A DNA stretch of 64,000 nucleotides, taken from positions 23,613 through 87,612 of the forward strand of contig CAZVYX010000007.1 of the NCBI GenBank assembly GCA_964631725.1, given 5' to 3'. Both the position numbers and the translations under genes were made by a program. A model generated the notes under the pieces. That model did not search any database. It was not told the DNA's origin and was given only the letters and a program-made list of their open reading frames with translations. Below, in pieces: positions 49,247-59,144 of the stretch. Position 1 is the first letter of the stretch. Every line of letters starts with the position of its first letter. The stretch comes from an uncultured Rhodospirillaceae bacterium (lineage in GTDB: Bacteria; Pseudomonadota; Alphaproteobacteria; GCA-2731375).

Positions 49247-50197
49247 ATGTCTGATCAACAACTACAATCGCGTCAACGGGTCGACACGATCAGTCCCGAC
49301 GATACGCCCCTAGCGATCCGCGTGCGCCGGATACGAACCGTCTCCAGGAACGCCTTTGACGAGCTTCTGAAAAGCAGGACCGCGACCATCGGCGCGATCA
49401 TGATGATCATGCTGATTGCCACCTGTATTCTGACGCCCGTGCTTGCCACGCACTCGCCGACCAAGCCCAATTACCGCATCCGTCTGCAACCTGCCAGCGC
49501 GGAACATTACTTTGGCACCGACAAGTTCGGGCGTGACATCTACTCCCGTGTTCTGTGGGGCGGACAGCGCATCGTCCTTATCTCGATTGCCGCGGTTGTC
49601 TTGGGCTTGGCACTGGGTATTCCGCTTGGCGTTTTTGCCGGATTCTTTGGCGGCCGCTTCGATTCCATTTCCATGCGCTTCGTCGACGGCCTCATAGCCT
49701 TTCCGGGACTCTTATTGTATTTGCTGATCATAACGGTGGCGCGGGAATGGAAACTTGAAGGCTTCTGGAACGATTTGATTCTTGTCTTCGCGCTTGGCTT
49801 AAACACCATGCCGGAAATCGCACGCTTGACCCGAGGCACATCAATGGTCGAGGCGCGAAAGGAATATGTCGAAGCCGCGCACGTTGTCGGCGAAAACAGT
49901 ATGTATATCGCGCTGCGCGAAATATTGCCCAATATCGTCTCGCCCTTGATCGTCAATGCCACCGTGCGCCTGGGCTATATCATTCTGATTATTGCCGCGC
50001 TGTCGTTCCTCGGTCTTGGCACGCCGCCGCCGACGCCGGATTGGGGCAGTGACCTCAACGTCGCCCGGGAACACATGGAGAGCCACCCGATGCTGGCGGT
50101 TTATCCGGGCCTGGCGATCTGCTATTCCGTGCTCGCCTTTAACCTGTTTGGCGATGGCCTGCGCGATATTCTCGACCCGCGCATTTCGGATCGCTAA
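49247..50197 (+). CDS. ABC transporter permease (DppC/OppC-like)
   Basis: ..HYFGTD..GRD..SRV..G.. and ..EYVEAA...G.. EAA-loop motifs. Confidence 0.9.
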   Translation: MSDQQLQSRQRVDTISPDDTPLAIRVRRIRTVSRNAFDELLKSRTATIGAIMMIMLIATCILTPVLATHSPTKPNYRIRLQPASAEHYFGTDKFGRDIYSRVLWGGQRIVLISIAAVVLGLALGIPLGVFAGFFGGRFDSISMRFVDGLIAFPGLLLYLLIITVAREWKLEGFWNDLILVFALGLNTMPEIARLTRGTSMVEARKEYVEAAHVVGENSMYIALREILPNIVSPLIVNATVRLGYIILIIAALSFLGLGTPPPTPDWGSDLNVAREHMESHPMLAVYPGLAICYSVLAFNLFGDGLRDILDPRISDR

Positions 50198-50320
50198 CCC
50201 ACCCGCCAAGTCGATGCCGGCAGGCACCTGATAACAGGCGCCCGGAGGCGCTTGCCCATGTGCGGGCGGCTCAAATCGCGCGTAACGAAAATCGTACCCG
50301 GCTGAGTATCAAGATCTGAG

Positions 50321-50364
50321 CCTCAAGAGCTGTGTCTTAAGGGCAGCGTCTCAAGCGCAATGTC

Positions 50365-50368
<4 letters not shown>
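50321..50368. repeat. Two imperfect tandem copies of about 22 bp (CTCAAGmGC-N3-GTCTTA)
   Basis: cctcaagagctgtgtcttaag / cgtctcaagcgcaatgtcttag read directly. The second copy overlaps the stop of the ATPase gene. Confidence 0.3.
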
Positions 50369-51342
<974 letters not shown>

Positions 51343-51398
51343 GAGCTTCTCTGCCTTGGTACGCTTCGATTTTTCCAGAACATCACTGATGGTGGGCG

Positions 51399-52379
51399 CT
51401 AAACGGTTGGTTGTTCATGCAAATGGCATGCGGCGAAATGGCCCGGCGACAGTTCCTTGAACTGAGGAATACGTTCCCTGCAAATATCCATGGTATGGGT
51501 GCAGCGCGGATTGAATTTACACCCCGTCGGCGGATCCATCATGTTGCAGACCGTGCCATCGATCGGCGTAAGGAATTTTTCCTGCACATCCAGCCGCGGG
51601 ATCGAGCGCAACAGCCCCACCGTATAGGGATGTTGGGGATTGGCGAAAATCTCGTCCTTGGTGCCGATTTCCACCAGATGCGAAGCATACATCACGCCAA
51701 TCTTGTCACAGGCATGGGCGACAACGCCCAAATTATGGGTGATGAACAGCAATGACATATCAAAGCGTTCGATCATCGACGAGATCAGTTCCAGGATCAC
51801 CGCCTGAATGGTGACGTCCAGCGCGGTGGTCGGCTCGTCCGCGATCAGAAACGTGGGATCGCAGCTCAACGCCATCGCCAGCATGACGCGTTGGCGCATG
51901 CCGCCTGAAAACTCATGCACATAGTTGTCGATACGGGAACTGGGCGATGGGATACCGACCAATTGCAGCATTTCCGCCGTGCGCTCCCGCGCCTCGGCCT
52001 TGCTCAAGCCCAAATTGGTGCGCAGGGCATCGCCGATTTGGCTGCCCACCGTGAACACCGGGTTCAAGGCGTTCATGGGCTCCTGAAAGACCATGGCAAT
52101 ATTCTGGCCGCGGATCTCTCGGATATCCTTGTCCGACATCTCGTAGAGGTCGCGGCCCTGGAAGCGCACCGTACCGCTGGCAATTTCACCAGGCGGCGAT
52201 GGTATCAGACGCATAATCGCCCGCGCGGTTACGGATTTGCCCGAGCCGCTCTCACCCACCAGGCCAAAGGTCTCGCCCTTGCCTACCTCAAATGAAATCT
52301 GGTCAATCGCACGCAGCACGCCACGCTTCAAATTGAACTGAACACTTAGATTATCGATCTCAAGAACGGGCTGTGCCAT
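51399..52379 (-). CDS. ABC transporter ATP-binding protein (DppD/OppD-like)
   Basis: Walker A ..GESGSGKS.., signature ..FSGGMRQR.. and Walker B ..[11 protein letters not shown].. Confidence 0.9.
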   Translation of the reverse strand: MAQPVLEIDNLSVQFNLKRGVLRAIDQISFEVGKGETFGLVGESGSGKSVTARAIMRLIPSPPGEIASGTVRFQGRDLYEMSDKDIREIRGQNIAMVFQEPMNALNPVFTVGSQIGDALRTNLGLSKAEARERTAEMLQLVGIPSPSSRIDNYVHEFSGGMRQRVMLAMALSCDPTFLIADEPTTALDVTIQAVILELISSMIERFDMSLLFITHNLGVVAHACDKIGVMYASHLVEIGTKDEIFANPQHPYTVGLLRSIPRLDVQEKFLTPIDGTVCNMMDPPTGCKFNPRCTHTMDICRERIPQFKELSPGHFAACHLHEQPTV

Positions 52380-52450
52380 GCAAGCGCCCTTCCCCCCCGG
52401 TACTAGCCATTACGCCCTGGAAGGTTCCCAGTTCAGGCCATGGCTGTCAA

Positions 52451-52542
52451 TGGTATAAGCGCCGGTAACGGCCATATACCAAACAAATTTTGCCCTTTTT
52501 CACAATAACTTGCTGTGGGTTAAGTCTTTCAGGTATATACCT
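52451..52542. promoter_or_regulatory. GGTATA/TATACC inverted repeats in the divergent ABC promoter region
   Basis: TGGTATA-N17-TATACCA (52451..52481) and the perfect 12-bp palindrome AGGTATATACCT (52531..52542). The core GTATATAC fits the GTnTAnAC pattern of HutC-type GntR operators. Confidence 0.3.
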
Positions 52543-52569
52543 TCGCAACGCGGGGGTAAGACGGATCAA

Positions 52570-54195
52570 ATGTCCGAACCAGATAACGAACCAACCCTGA
52601 ATCAAAGCCGGCGCGGCGTCCTTAAATCCACGGCGGCGGCGCTGGGAATAGCGGCCACGGCCGGTCTGCCGCGATGGGCTGGCGCGAACCCGAAACGCGG
52701 CGGCGTATTGCGTTTCGCCACCCGCTCGGAGGCGCGCGGCACCGATCCACACAAGAATTTGATCTACAACGTCTCGCAACCGCTGGCGGCGATGTCCCAA
52801 GGACTGTTGGATATTGCACCCGACCTGTCGCCCGCGCCGGGAATCGCCAGCGAATGGGATATCTCGGACGATTTGCAAACCTATACCTTCAAGCTGCGCC
52901 AGAGTGTGACGTTCCACAATGGCGCGGATGTCGATGCGGCGGCGGTGAAATGGAATTTTGAACGGATCATGGAGCCGAAAACCGGCCACCCGCTTGCCCG
53001 TTCGAGCCTGGAAAACATCAAGGAGATCAAGGTCCTCGACAAGCATACCCTGCGCTGCGTGTTGGAGCAGCCCAGCGCGGTCTTCCTTTCGAATGTGACG
53101 TATTATCCCTGCAATCTGATCGCCCCGAACAGCGTCGAACAAGCCGCCACCCACCCCATCGGCTGCGGCCCCTTTAAGTTCAAATCCTGGAAATCCTGGA
53201 ATCGGACGGAACTGGTGCGGTTTGAAAATTATTTCGAGACCGATGCCAATGGCGCGGCCTTGCCGTACCTGGATAGCGTCGTCGGGCTTCCAAAAAAGCA
53301 GGACCGGGCCCGCCTGGATGCGCTAACAAGCGGCGAGACGGATTTGATCGACCATTTGGGCTATGCCGACGCCGGCCGGTTTCGCCGCGAATTTGGCAAC
53401 AAATTTCAAACCTGGAATGTGCCCCAAGTGGGCACCGCCTGGATCGGCTTCAATCTCAAGACCGGCCCCTTCTCGTATCAAAACTCAGAAGGCCACGCCC
53501 TACGCACGGCGGCGGCCCATGCCATCGACCGCGAAGCCATACACCAATCGGTCTTCTACGGCCTGGGCAATTCCACGCACGGGTTCTACGGCCCGGACAG
53601 CCCCTGGCATATGCCTGATGTAACACCGGGGCCGGAGTTCAATCCGGATAAGGCGCGCTTCCTGCTGCGGCGCCATAATCTGCAGAACACACCGATCGCC
53701 TTGGTTTCGCGGCAGGATTTCGCCTACATGCATCAGGCCGGCGAACTGATCCATGCCATGTGGGCCGAGGTCGGCTTCAAGGTTACGCACGATATCCTCC
53801 CGAACCGGGTGTTGCGTGAGAAATACCGCCTTGGGTCCACCGAAGCCGGTGTCTACGATGCCGATTCCACCGCTTCCGCCTACCGCGCCGATCCCGATAG
53901 CTGGTTCTATCGTTCGTTATTGTCTTCGTCGCCGTCAACAAAACTGCGCCTGGGCTACAACAGCGAACAGGTGGATACGCTGATCCGGGAGGCCCGCATA
54001 ACCAGGGACCGGAACAAACGGCTGCACCTTTATACCGAGGCGGAAAATCTCATCAACGAAGAGCTGCCCCTGATCTACACCCACACCGTGCCCCTACTGC
54101 AGGGCGGCGTGAAAAATCTCGCCGGCTACGCGCCAGCATTCGCCGGCCCCTTCAGCACCGTCGGCTCAGGTATCCGGACAGCGCATTTTGTCTAG
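52570..54195 (+). CDS. ABC transporter substrate-binding protein, family 5, copy 2
   Basis: Tat-like signal ..SRRGVLKSTAAALGIAATAGLPRWAGA. The body is colinear with copy 1 (for example ..THPIGCGPFKF.SWK....E.VRFEN..). Confidence 0.85.
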   Translation: MSEPDNEPTLNQSRRGVLKSTAAALGIAATAGLPRWAGANPKRGGVLRFATRSEARGTDPHKNLIYNVSQPLAAMSQGLLDIAPDLSPAPGIASEWDISDDLQTYTFKLRQSVTFHNGADVDAAAVKWNFERIMEPKTGHPLARSSLENIKEIKVLDKHTLRCVLEQPSAVFLSNVTYYPCNLIAPNSVEQAATHPIGCGPFKFKSWKSWNRTELVRFENYFETDANGAALPYLDSVVGLPKKQDRARLDALTSGETDLIDHLGYADAGRFRREFGNKFQTWNVPQVGTAWIGFNLKTGPFSYQNSEGHALRTAAAHAIDREAIHQSVFYGLGNSTHGFYGPDSPWHMPDVTPGPEFNPDKARFLLRRHNLQNTPIALVSRQDFAYMHQAGELIHAMWAEVGFKVTHDILPNRVLREKYRLGSTEAGVYDADSTASAYRADPDSWFYRSLLSSSPSTKLRLGYNSEQVDTLIREARITRDRNKRLHLYTEAENLINEELPLIYTHTVPLLQGGVKNLAGYAPAFAGPFSTVGSGIRTAHFV

Positions 54196-54956
54196 GTAAT
54201 ACGGAAGCGGGTACCGCAAATCATCACGGAATCGCCGTCCACGGCCAACGCCCGCGCATTCGCGGCGGCCAGAATGGCCGTCTTGTCGGCGGCCTTGAGA
54301 TCGACACCGCCAAGGCCTTCGCCGCGGCCATCGGTGACATCGACAAAGCGCAAGGTGGCATTGTCCAGGACGATTTCGGCGGCACCCGAAGCGCCCGTGG
54401 TCACGGGCACGTCGAGAATTTCGCCCCAGCGCGCCGCCAGGGCGCCCGGATCCGGGCTTTGCAGTTCCGCCCCGATCATGGCCGCCGTCCGCTCCACCCG
54501 CACGGCGTCGCGCCAATCCTTGCCAGCCGGGTGCCAGGGGCCGTCGGGGGCCTGATCGCCATCGGTCTGGTCATTTTCCAGCATGCAGCCGCCGGTATCG
54601 CGGGGATGCAACTGGATACCGGTGAAATCTCCATAGTTCAGGGCATTGGCAACGCGCACGCCCAACTCGCCGACGCGGGTGCGGCGCTCTTCCACGTTGT
54701 CGCACTGCAGAATGACCATGTAGCCGCAATCACCGCCCCGGCGTTCCAGATAGCGGCCGCCGGCGGTGTTCTCCTCAATCGGTGCCACCACTTCAAGGAA
54801 GTTCGTGCCCACGGGCAGCAAGGCATTTTCCAGACCGTATTTGCCCACGGCGGGGTCGTGAAAACAGGTCGCCAGACCCAAAACATCGGTCAACATATCC
54901 ACGGCCGGCGCCAATTCCTCGGCCACCAGACAGATTTGCCGCAATCGCAACATCAC
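54192..54956 (-). CDS. VOC (glyoxalase-like) family protein
   Basis: ..LRQICLVAE.L......L..VLGL.........V..YGLENALLPVG..FLEVV.P.. resembles a glyoxalase-like domain. The C-terminal half is unassigned. Confidence 0.65.
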   Translation of the reverse strand: MMLRLRQICLVAEELAPAVDMLTDVLGLATCFHDPAVGKYGLENALLPVGTNFLEVVAPIEENTAGGRYLERRGGDCGYMVILQCDNVEERRTRVGELGVRVANALNYGDFTGIQLHPRDTGGCMLENDQTDGDQAPDGPWHPAGKDWRDAVRVERTAAMIGAELQSPDPGALAARWGEILDVPVTTGASGAAEIVLDNATLRFVDVTDGRGEGLGGVDLKAADKTAILAAANARALAVDGDSVMICGTRFRIT

Positions 54957-54968
54957 ATTATCCTCCCT

Positions 54969-55943
54969 TCAAACCCCATCACCCAGCGACGTTTCTTGCA
55001 GTTGCCGCAATAGCAGCGTCGCCGCGGCATCCAGCCCAAGGTCCCCCCGTTGCACCTGGGCGCAAAGGTCATCCACATTGGCAGCGCCGACGTCGCGGAT
55101 CAATTGCCTGACACGCTGCGCCGTGGCATCGGCCAGCAGGCGGCGTACCCGTTGCAGGGCGCGGGCGGCCCGCTCCTCCGCCGTCACCGCCACGCCCTTG
55201 CGGGCCTCCACCGCATCCGCCAGGGCAACAATTCCCTCGCCCGTCGTGGCCGTGGTGGAGAGCACCGGCACTTCCGCCATCTCCGCCTCCCGCAGGGACA
55301 GCATGCTTTTCAATTGACTGACCGTACGCTCCGCCAGGGGGAGGTCGGCCTTGTTGACGACAAGAATATCGGCGATTTCCAGTATGCCGGCCTTGATCGC
55401 CTGAACGTCATCACCCAGGCCGGGAGCGCAAATGACCACGCGCACATCGGCGATTTCGGCAATCTCGACCTCCGACTGACCGGCGCCGACGGTTTCCACA
55501 ACGACAATGTCCCGGCCGGAGGCATCCATCACATCGATAACCCGCGCCGCCATCGGCGACAGCCCGCCCAGATGGCCCCGCGCGGCCAGGGAGCGGACAA
55601 ATACGCCGGGATCACGGGTGTGCTCGCTCATGCGAATGCGGTCGCCCAGAATGGCCCCGCCCGTAAGTGGTGAGGACGGGTCGACCGCGACGACCCCGAC
55701 GCTGTGTTCGCGCCGGCGCAACTCCACGATCAGGGCATTGACCAGGGTCGACTTACCGGCCCCCGGCGGACCGGTAAAGCCAACCACCAGGGCATGTCCC
55801 AAATGCGGCTGAATGCCGGCCAGCAGCTCCGCCGCCTGCGCGGTGTCATTTTCCACGGCGGTAATCGATTTCGCCAACGCGATGGCCTGCCCCGCTAGGA
55901 GACGTTGCAGCAGGCTATCCGGTTCCTTCGCTGCCGCCGCCAT
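54969..55943 (-). CDS. meaB: Methylmalonyl-CoA-mutase-associated G-protein chaperone MeaB/ArgK
   Basis: ..GFTGPPGAGKSTL.., ..VAVDPSSPLTGGAILGDRIRM.., ..VVETVGAGQSE.. and ..VVNKADL.. Confidence 0.9.
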   Translation of the reverse strand: MAAAAKEPDSLLQRLLAGQAIALAKSITAVENDTAQAAELLAGIQPHLGHALVVGFTGPPGAGKSTLVNALIVELRRREHSVGVVAVDPSSPLTGGAILGDRIRMSEHTRDPGVFVRSLAARGHLGGLSPMAARVIDVMDASGRDIVVVETVGAGQSEVEIAEIADVRVVICAPGLGDDVQAIKAGILEIADILVVNKADLPLAERTVSQLKSMLSLREAEMAEVPVLSTTATTGEGIVALADAVEARKGVAVTAEERAARALQRVRRLLADATAQRVRQLIRDVGAANVDDLCAQVQRGDLGLDAAATLLLRQLQETSLGDGV

Positions 55944-55945
55944 GA

Positions 55946-56353
55946 TCAGGCCGCCGCCCGGGCCGCACCGGCCAGGCGGGTAATTTCCTCGACAATCCGC
56001 TCCCGCGTGCTGCCCGGATGGAAAATGGCGGCGACACCGGCGGCCCGCATTCCATCAATATCCTGATCCGGTACGATACCGCCAAGCACGACCTGGACAT
56101 GTCCCAGATCGGCCTCCTTCAAGGCGGTCATTAAATCCGGCAGCAGCAAATGATCGGTGGCCAGGGACGAAACGCCGATGACATCCACGTCCTCCTGTGT
56201 CGCCAGGGCGACAACATCGGCGATTTCCTGCCAGGGGCCGGTGTAAACAACTTCCATCCCGGCATCGCGCAAATAGGCCGCGACAATCCGGCTGCCCCGG
56301 TCGTGGCCGTCGAAGCCAATCTTGGTGATAAGAACCCTGGCCGGCGCGGTCAT
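55946..56353 (-). CDS. Cobalamin-binding small subunit, canonical mutase type (paralog C, no adjacent large subunit)
   Basis: ..RVLITKIGFDGHDRGSRIVA..LRDAGMEVVYTG.. (DxHxxG), ..DVDVIGVSSL.. and ..GGIVP.. ATG at 56353. The stop is 2 nt before the meaB ATG. Confidence 0.85.
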   Translation of the reverse strand: MTAPARVLITKIGFDGHDRGSRIVAAYLRDAGMEVVYTGPWQEIADVVALATQEDVDVIGVSSLATDHLLLPDLMTALKEADLGHVQVVLGGIVPDQDIDGMRAAGVAAIFHPGSTRERIVEEITRLAGAARAAA

Positions 56354-56471
56354 GAAGTTCCGTCCCCGATCAGGGGCGCCAAAAAGACGTTTCCGATACT
56401 GCAATACATGGCAAATTTTCTAAGCAGCATGATCCGGCGAGTCAACAGGACAGTACGCCACGCCGGCGTCC

Positions 56472-56861
56472 TCAAACAATTCGCTTCCAATAGCTGTCCT
56501 TGCTGGCGATCAGGCCGTCACGGACAGTGTAGATGTCGACGCCACGGACGTCATAAGGGCTACCGTCCGCCACATAGGTCCCCGTGGCGCGGAAGGTGCC
56601 AATGATGTGGCCATCGGCATGGTGTACCGCCGTCTCGGAAAATCGGACATCGCGGACGATCTTGGCCCGCTCCGCCAAGGCCTGCTTAACCTCTTCGGCG
56701 CCATGGCGAATTCGGCCGTGGGGAGCGTCGGGACCTTGGGCCTCTACCCAGACGAAATCGTCGGTTACGCAGGCCAAAATGCCCTCCACATCGGCCCGGT
56801 TAAAGGCCTTGCCGAAGCGGCGCAAAAGATCCATCGCCGCATCTTCGGATTGGCTCATCAT
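56472..56861 (-). CDS. SnoaL-like / NTF2-family protein
   Basis: 129 aa. ..LLRRFGKAFN..D.EGILA.VTDDFVW.. and ..G.D.YTVRDGLIA.KDSYWK.. fit a SnoaL-like fold. Confidence 0.65.
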   Translation of the reverse strand: MMSQSEDAAMDLLRRFGKAFNRADVEGILACVTDDFVWVEAQGPDAPHGRIRHGAEEVKQALAERAKIVRDVRFSETAVHHADGHIIGTFRATGTYVADGSPYDVRGVDIYTVRDGLIASKDSYWKRIV

Positions 56862-56873
56862 TCAACTCCCATT

Positions 56874-57680
56874 TCAGTTCGGCCAAAGGCCGCGCTCGAT
56901 AAAAACGTCCTTCAGAACGCCGGTTTCATCACTCATGATACCATCGACGCCCAGATCCAAAAGACGTCTCATTTCCGCCGCGTCATTGATCGTCCAGACA
57001 TGTACTTTCAGGTTCCGCGCATGGGCCGCATCGATAAACCGCCCATCGACAACCGGCAGTCCATAATGGCGGAGCGGCACCTGTGCCGCCAGGGCCGTGA
57101 AGTCGGAAACAGGCAGACCGAGGCTGGCCAGACGCAGGCGCACAACTTCCCCAGGGCCCATGGAGGTGCAGAGCGAAGGCCCCAGCATGGACCGCAAGTG
57201 TTTCAGGCGCCGGCCGGAGAAACTGCCGACGCAGACCCGCGCCAGAACGTCGGGCCGGTTCAGCGCCTTTACCAAGGGCGCGACGGCGCCGTCGGCCTTG
57301 GGGTCGATATTGATCCGCAGATCCGGCCAGGTCATGAGTAATTCGTCGAACAGCGGGATCGGTTCCCGCCCGTGCACCCTGGCCTGGGCGACCTCGGCCC
57401 AATCGAGCCCGGCAATCAGGCCCTTGTGCCCCGTCACCCGGTCCAGGCGGTCATCGTGGAAAGCAACCAGAACGCCGTCGCGGGTGGCGTGAACATCGGT
57501 TTCGACATAGCCATAACCCAGGTCCACCGCATCCTGAAAAGCGGCCATGGTATTTTCCGGATAGTTGGCGGCGCTACCCCGATGGGCGATGGCCACGGGC
57601 CCGGAAGCATCCAGATAGGGGTGCCGGCTCACGAAGCCTCTATCTCCGCCCCGGTGCGATATCGATGCCGGGTGCTTCAA
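56874..57680 (-). CDS. Glycerophosphodiester phosphodiesterase (GDPD) family protein
   Basis: ..IAHRG....YPENT..AF..A...G....E.DV..T.DG.LV..HD..LDR.T.. The ORF opens with TTG at 57680; GTG at 57632 is an alternative start. Confidence 0.8.
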   Translation of the reverse strand: MKHPASISHRGGDRGFVSRHPYLDASGPVAIAHRGSAANYPENTMAAFQDAVDLGYGYVETDVHATRDGVLVAFHDDRLDRVTGHKGLIAGLDWAEVAQARVHGREPIPLFDELLMTWPDLRINIDPKADGAVAPLVKALNRPDVLARVCVGSFSGRRLKHLRSMLGPSLCTSMGPGEVVRLRLASLGLPVSDFTALAAQVPLRHYGLPVVDGRFIDAAHARNLKVHVWTINDAAEMRRLLDLGVDGIMSDETGVLKDVFIERGLWPN

Positions 57681-57760
57681 ACAAACTCATGCGGATGACC
57701 TCCCTTCGGAGGCACAATATACCCGGCGGTTGGCAACAAATCAGCCGTAAACTAGATATC

Positions 57761-59125
57761 TCAGGCAACCGCCGCGCTGGCCGCCTCCTCCCGCTCGACG
57801 CGAAGGCGGCGCATTTCATCGGCCACCAGAGTGGGCATGGCACAGAGTTCGCAGTCGTTGGGCAGGGCCGCCGGCTCGAATGAATCAACACCGTACTTCA
57901 GACGCATCTTGGCGATCTCGCGCACATTTTCCACGAACCATTCGCCACGCGGTGGCCGCTCGCCGGCATAGGCGGTGCCTTCGACCGGGCTCCAGACCAG
58001 GGGGATCGGCGCGATACCCCGTTCGCACAGCCATTCGATGCCCTCGAAGAAGCTTTCGTGGGATTCCCGGAAACAGCCCGTGACCAGATGCGTGCTGACC
58101 TTGCCCGGCCCATAGACCTCGGCCGCGATTTCCAGCGCCTTCAGCCAATGATCCCGGCCCTGCTGTTCCGCCTTGCCCGGGCAATGCTTCTCGAACAGTT
58201 GTTCATTCCAGACTTCCAGATTATAGGCGACGGAATAGAAGCCCTGTTCCTTGTGCACCGCGATGGTATCCAGGTCCTCGGGTGCAGTGCGGATCACGTT
58301 GACGGGAATTTCATGCCGGCCCAGGGCTTCCTGCATGGCCCTGACGACGTTCAGGATCATGTCGCCCTCGCGGTCGTTGACCGTGCCGTCGCGCTTCACC
58401 GTGCGCTTCAGGAAACCGCCGGTAAGCAGAATATGGCGCACGCAGCCTTCCTCAAACGCGGCGCGGGCGGTGGCGACGATTTGATCATAGCTGCGCTTGT
58501 TGAGCTGCAGATCGTCCTTGGTCCAGCCCATGTTCGGCACGATGTTGCAAAAATCACAGCCCTTATCGTTGGCCCAGTACATACAAAACGGCGAATAGTT
58601 CAGGACCATGCAGTCCTGGCCCCGCTTTGGCGCGACGCGGCGCATGATGATGCCGGGAGAAGCCTCCATGCTGTAGTAGTTGGGCCGCGGGATATGACGC
58701 GCCTCCATGACGAACTTGCCGTCCCGTTTCAGCATCAACTGGCCATCTTCCACGGTACACAGCCAGCGCGATTGCTTGTCCTCGCGCACCTGTATGGTGG
58801 TGTCCATGGGCAGCACCAGTTCCTCGGGCAGATAGTATTCGTGCTCGCCGTGGTTCCAATCGAACAGCCAGCGGGATTGCTCACGGTAGATTTCATTGAC
58901 GCCTTCCAGGGCGGAGGGGTCGAATTGCACGCCGTCGGCCAACAGGCTGCCCTTGACCCAAATTTCCTGCTCCAGACCCTTCGCGGTGGGCGCCAGGCCG
59001 GGCTTGATGAAGGGCGCGTTCTGCCGCTGCGCGCCATGGATTTCGTCGTACCAGGTATTGTATTTGTCGTTGATATCGGCGAACGGATCCGCATCGGCGG
59101 CGGTGCTTCTGGCGATCATGTTCAT
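57761..59125 (-). CDS. Radical-SAM-like protein with non-canonical C-x8-C-x2-C motif and long N-terminal extension
   Basis: ..SPFCMYWANDKGCDFCNIV.. (nt 58547-58585) with ..HILLTGGF.. 43 residues later. ATG at 59125 has GGAGGAG 7 nt upstream, 19 nt after the GntR stop. The longer ORF (to 59299) overlaps GntR and is Arg-rich. Confidence 0.6.
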   Translation of the reverse strand: MNMIARSTAADADPFADINDKYNTWYDEIHGAQRQNAPFIKPGLAPTAKGLEQEIWVKGSLLADGVQFDPSALEGVNEIYREQSRWLFDWNHGEHEYYLPEELVLPMDTTIQVREDKQSRWLCTVEDGQLMLKRDGKFVMEARHIPRPNYYSMEASPGIIMRRVAPKRGQDCMVLNYSPFCMYWANDKGCDFCNIVPNMGWTKDDLQLNKRSYDQIVATARAAFEEGCVRHILLTGGFLKRTVKRDGTVNDREGDMILNVVRAMQEALGRHEIPVNVIRTAPEDLDTIAVHKEQGFYSVAYNLEVWNEQLFEKHCPGKAEQQGRDHWLKALEIAAEVYGPGKVSTHLVTGCFRESHESFFEGIEWLCERGIAPIPLVWSPVEGTAYAGERPPRGEWFVENVREIAKMRLKYGVDSFEPAALPNDCELCAMPTLVADEMRRLRVEREEAASAAVA

Positions 59126-59144
59126 AACATTTCTCCTCCCAAAA

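Noticed and set aside
57699-57712. Intrinsic terminator between the radical-SAM-like gene and the GDPD gene (CCTCC-cttc-GGAGG).
   Set aside because: The stem is only 5 bp and the T-tract on the transcribed strand is weak and interrupted. This is too marginal to call, so it cannot be used to split the array into separate operons.
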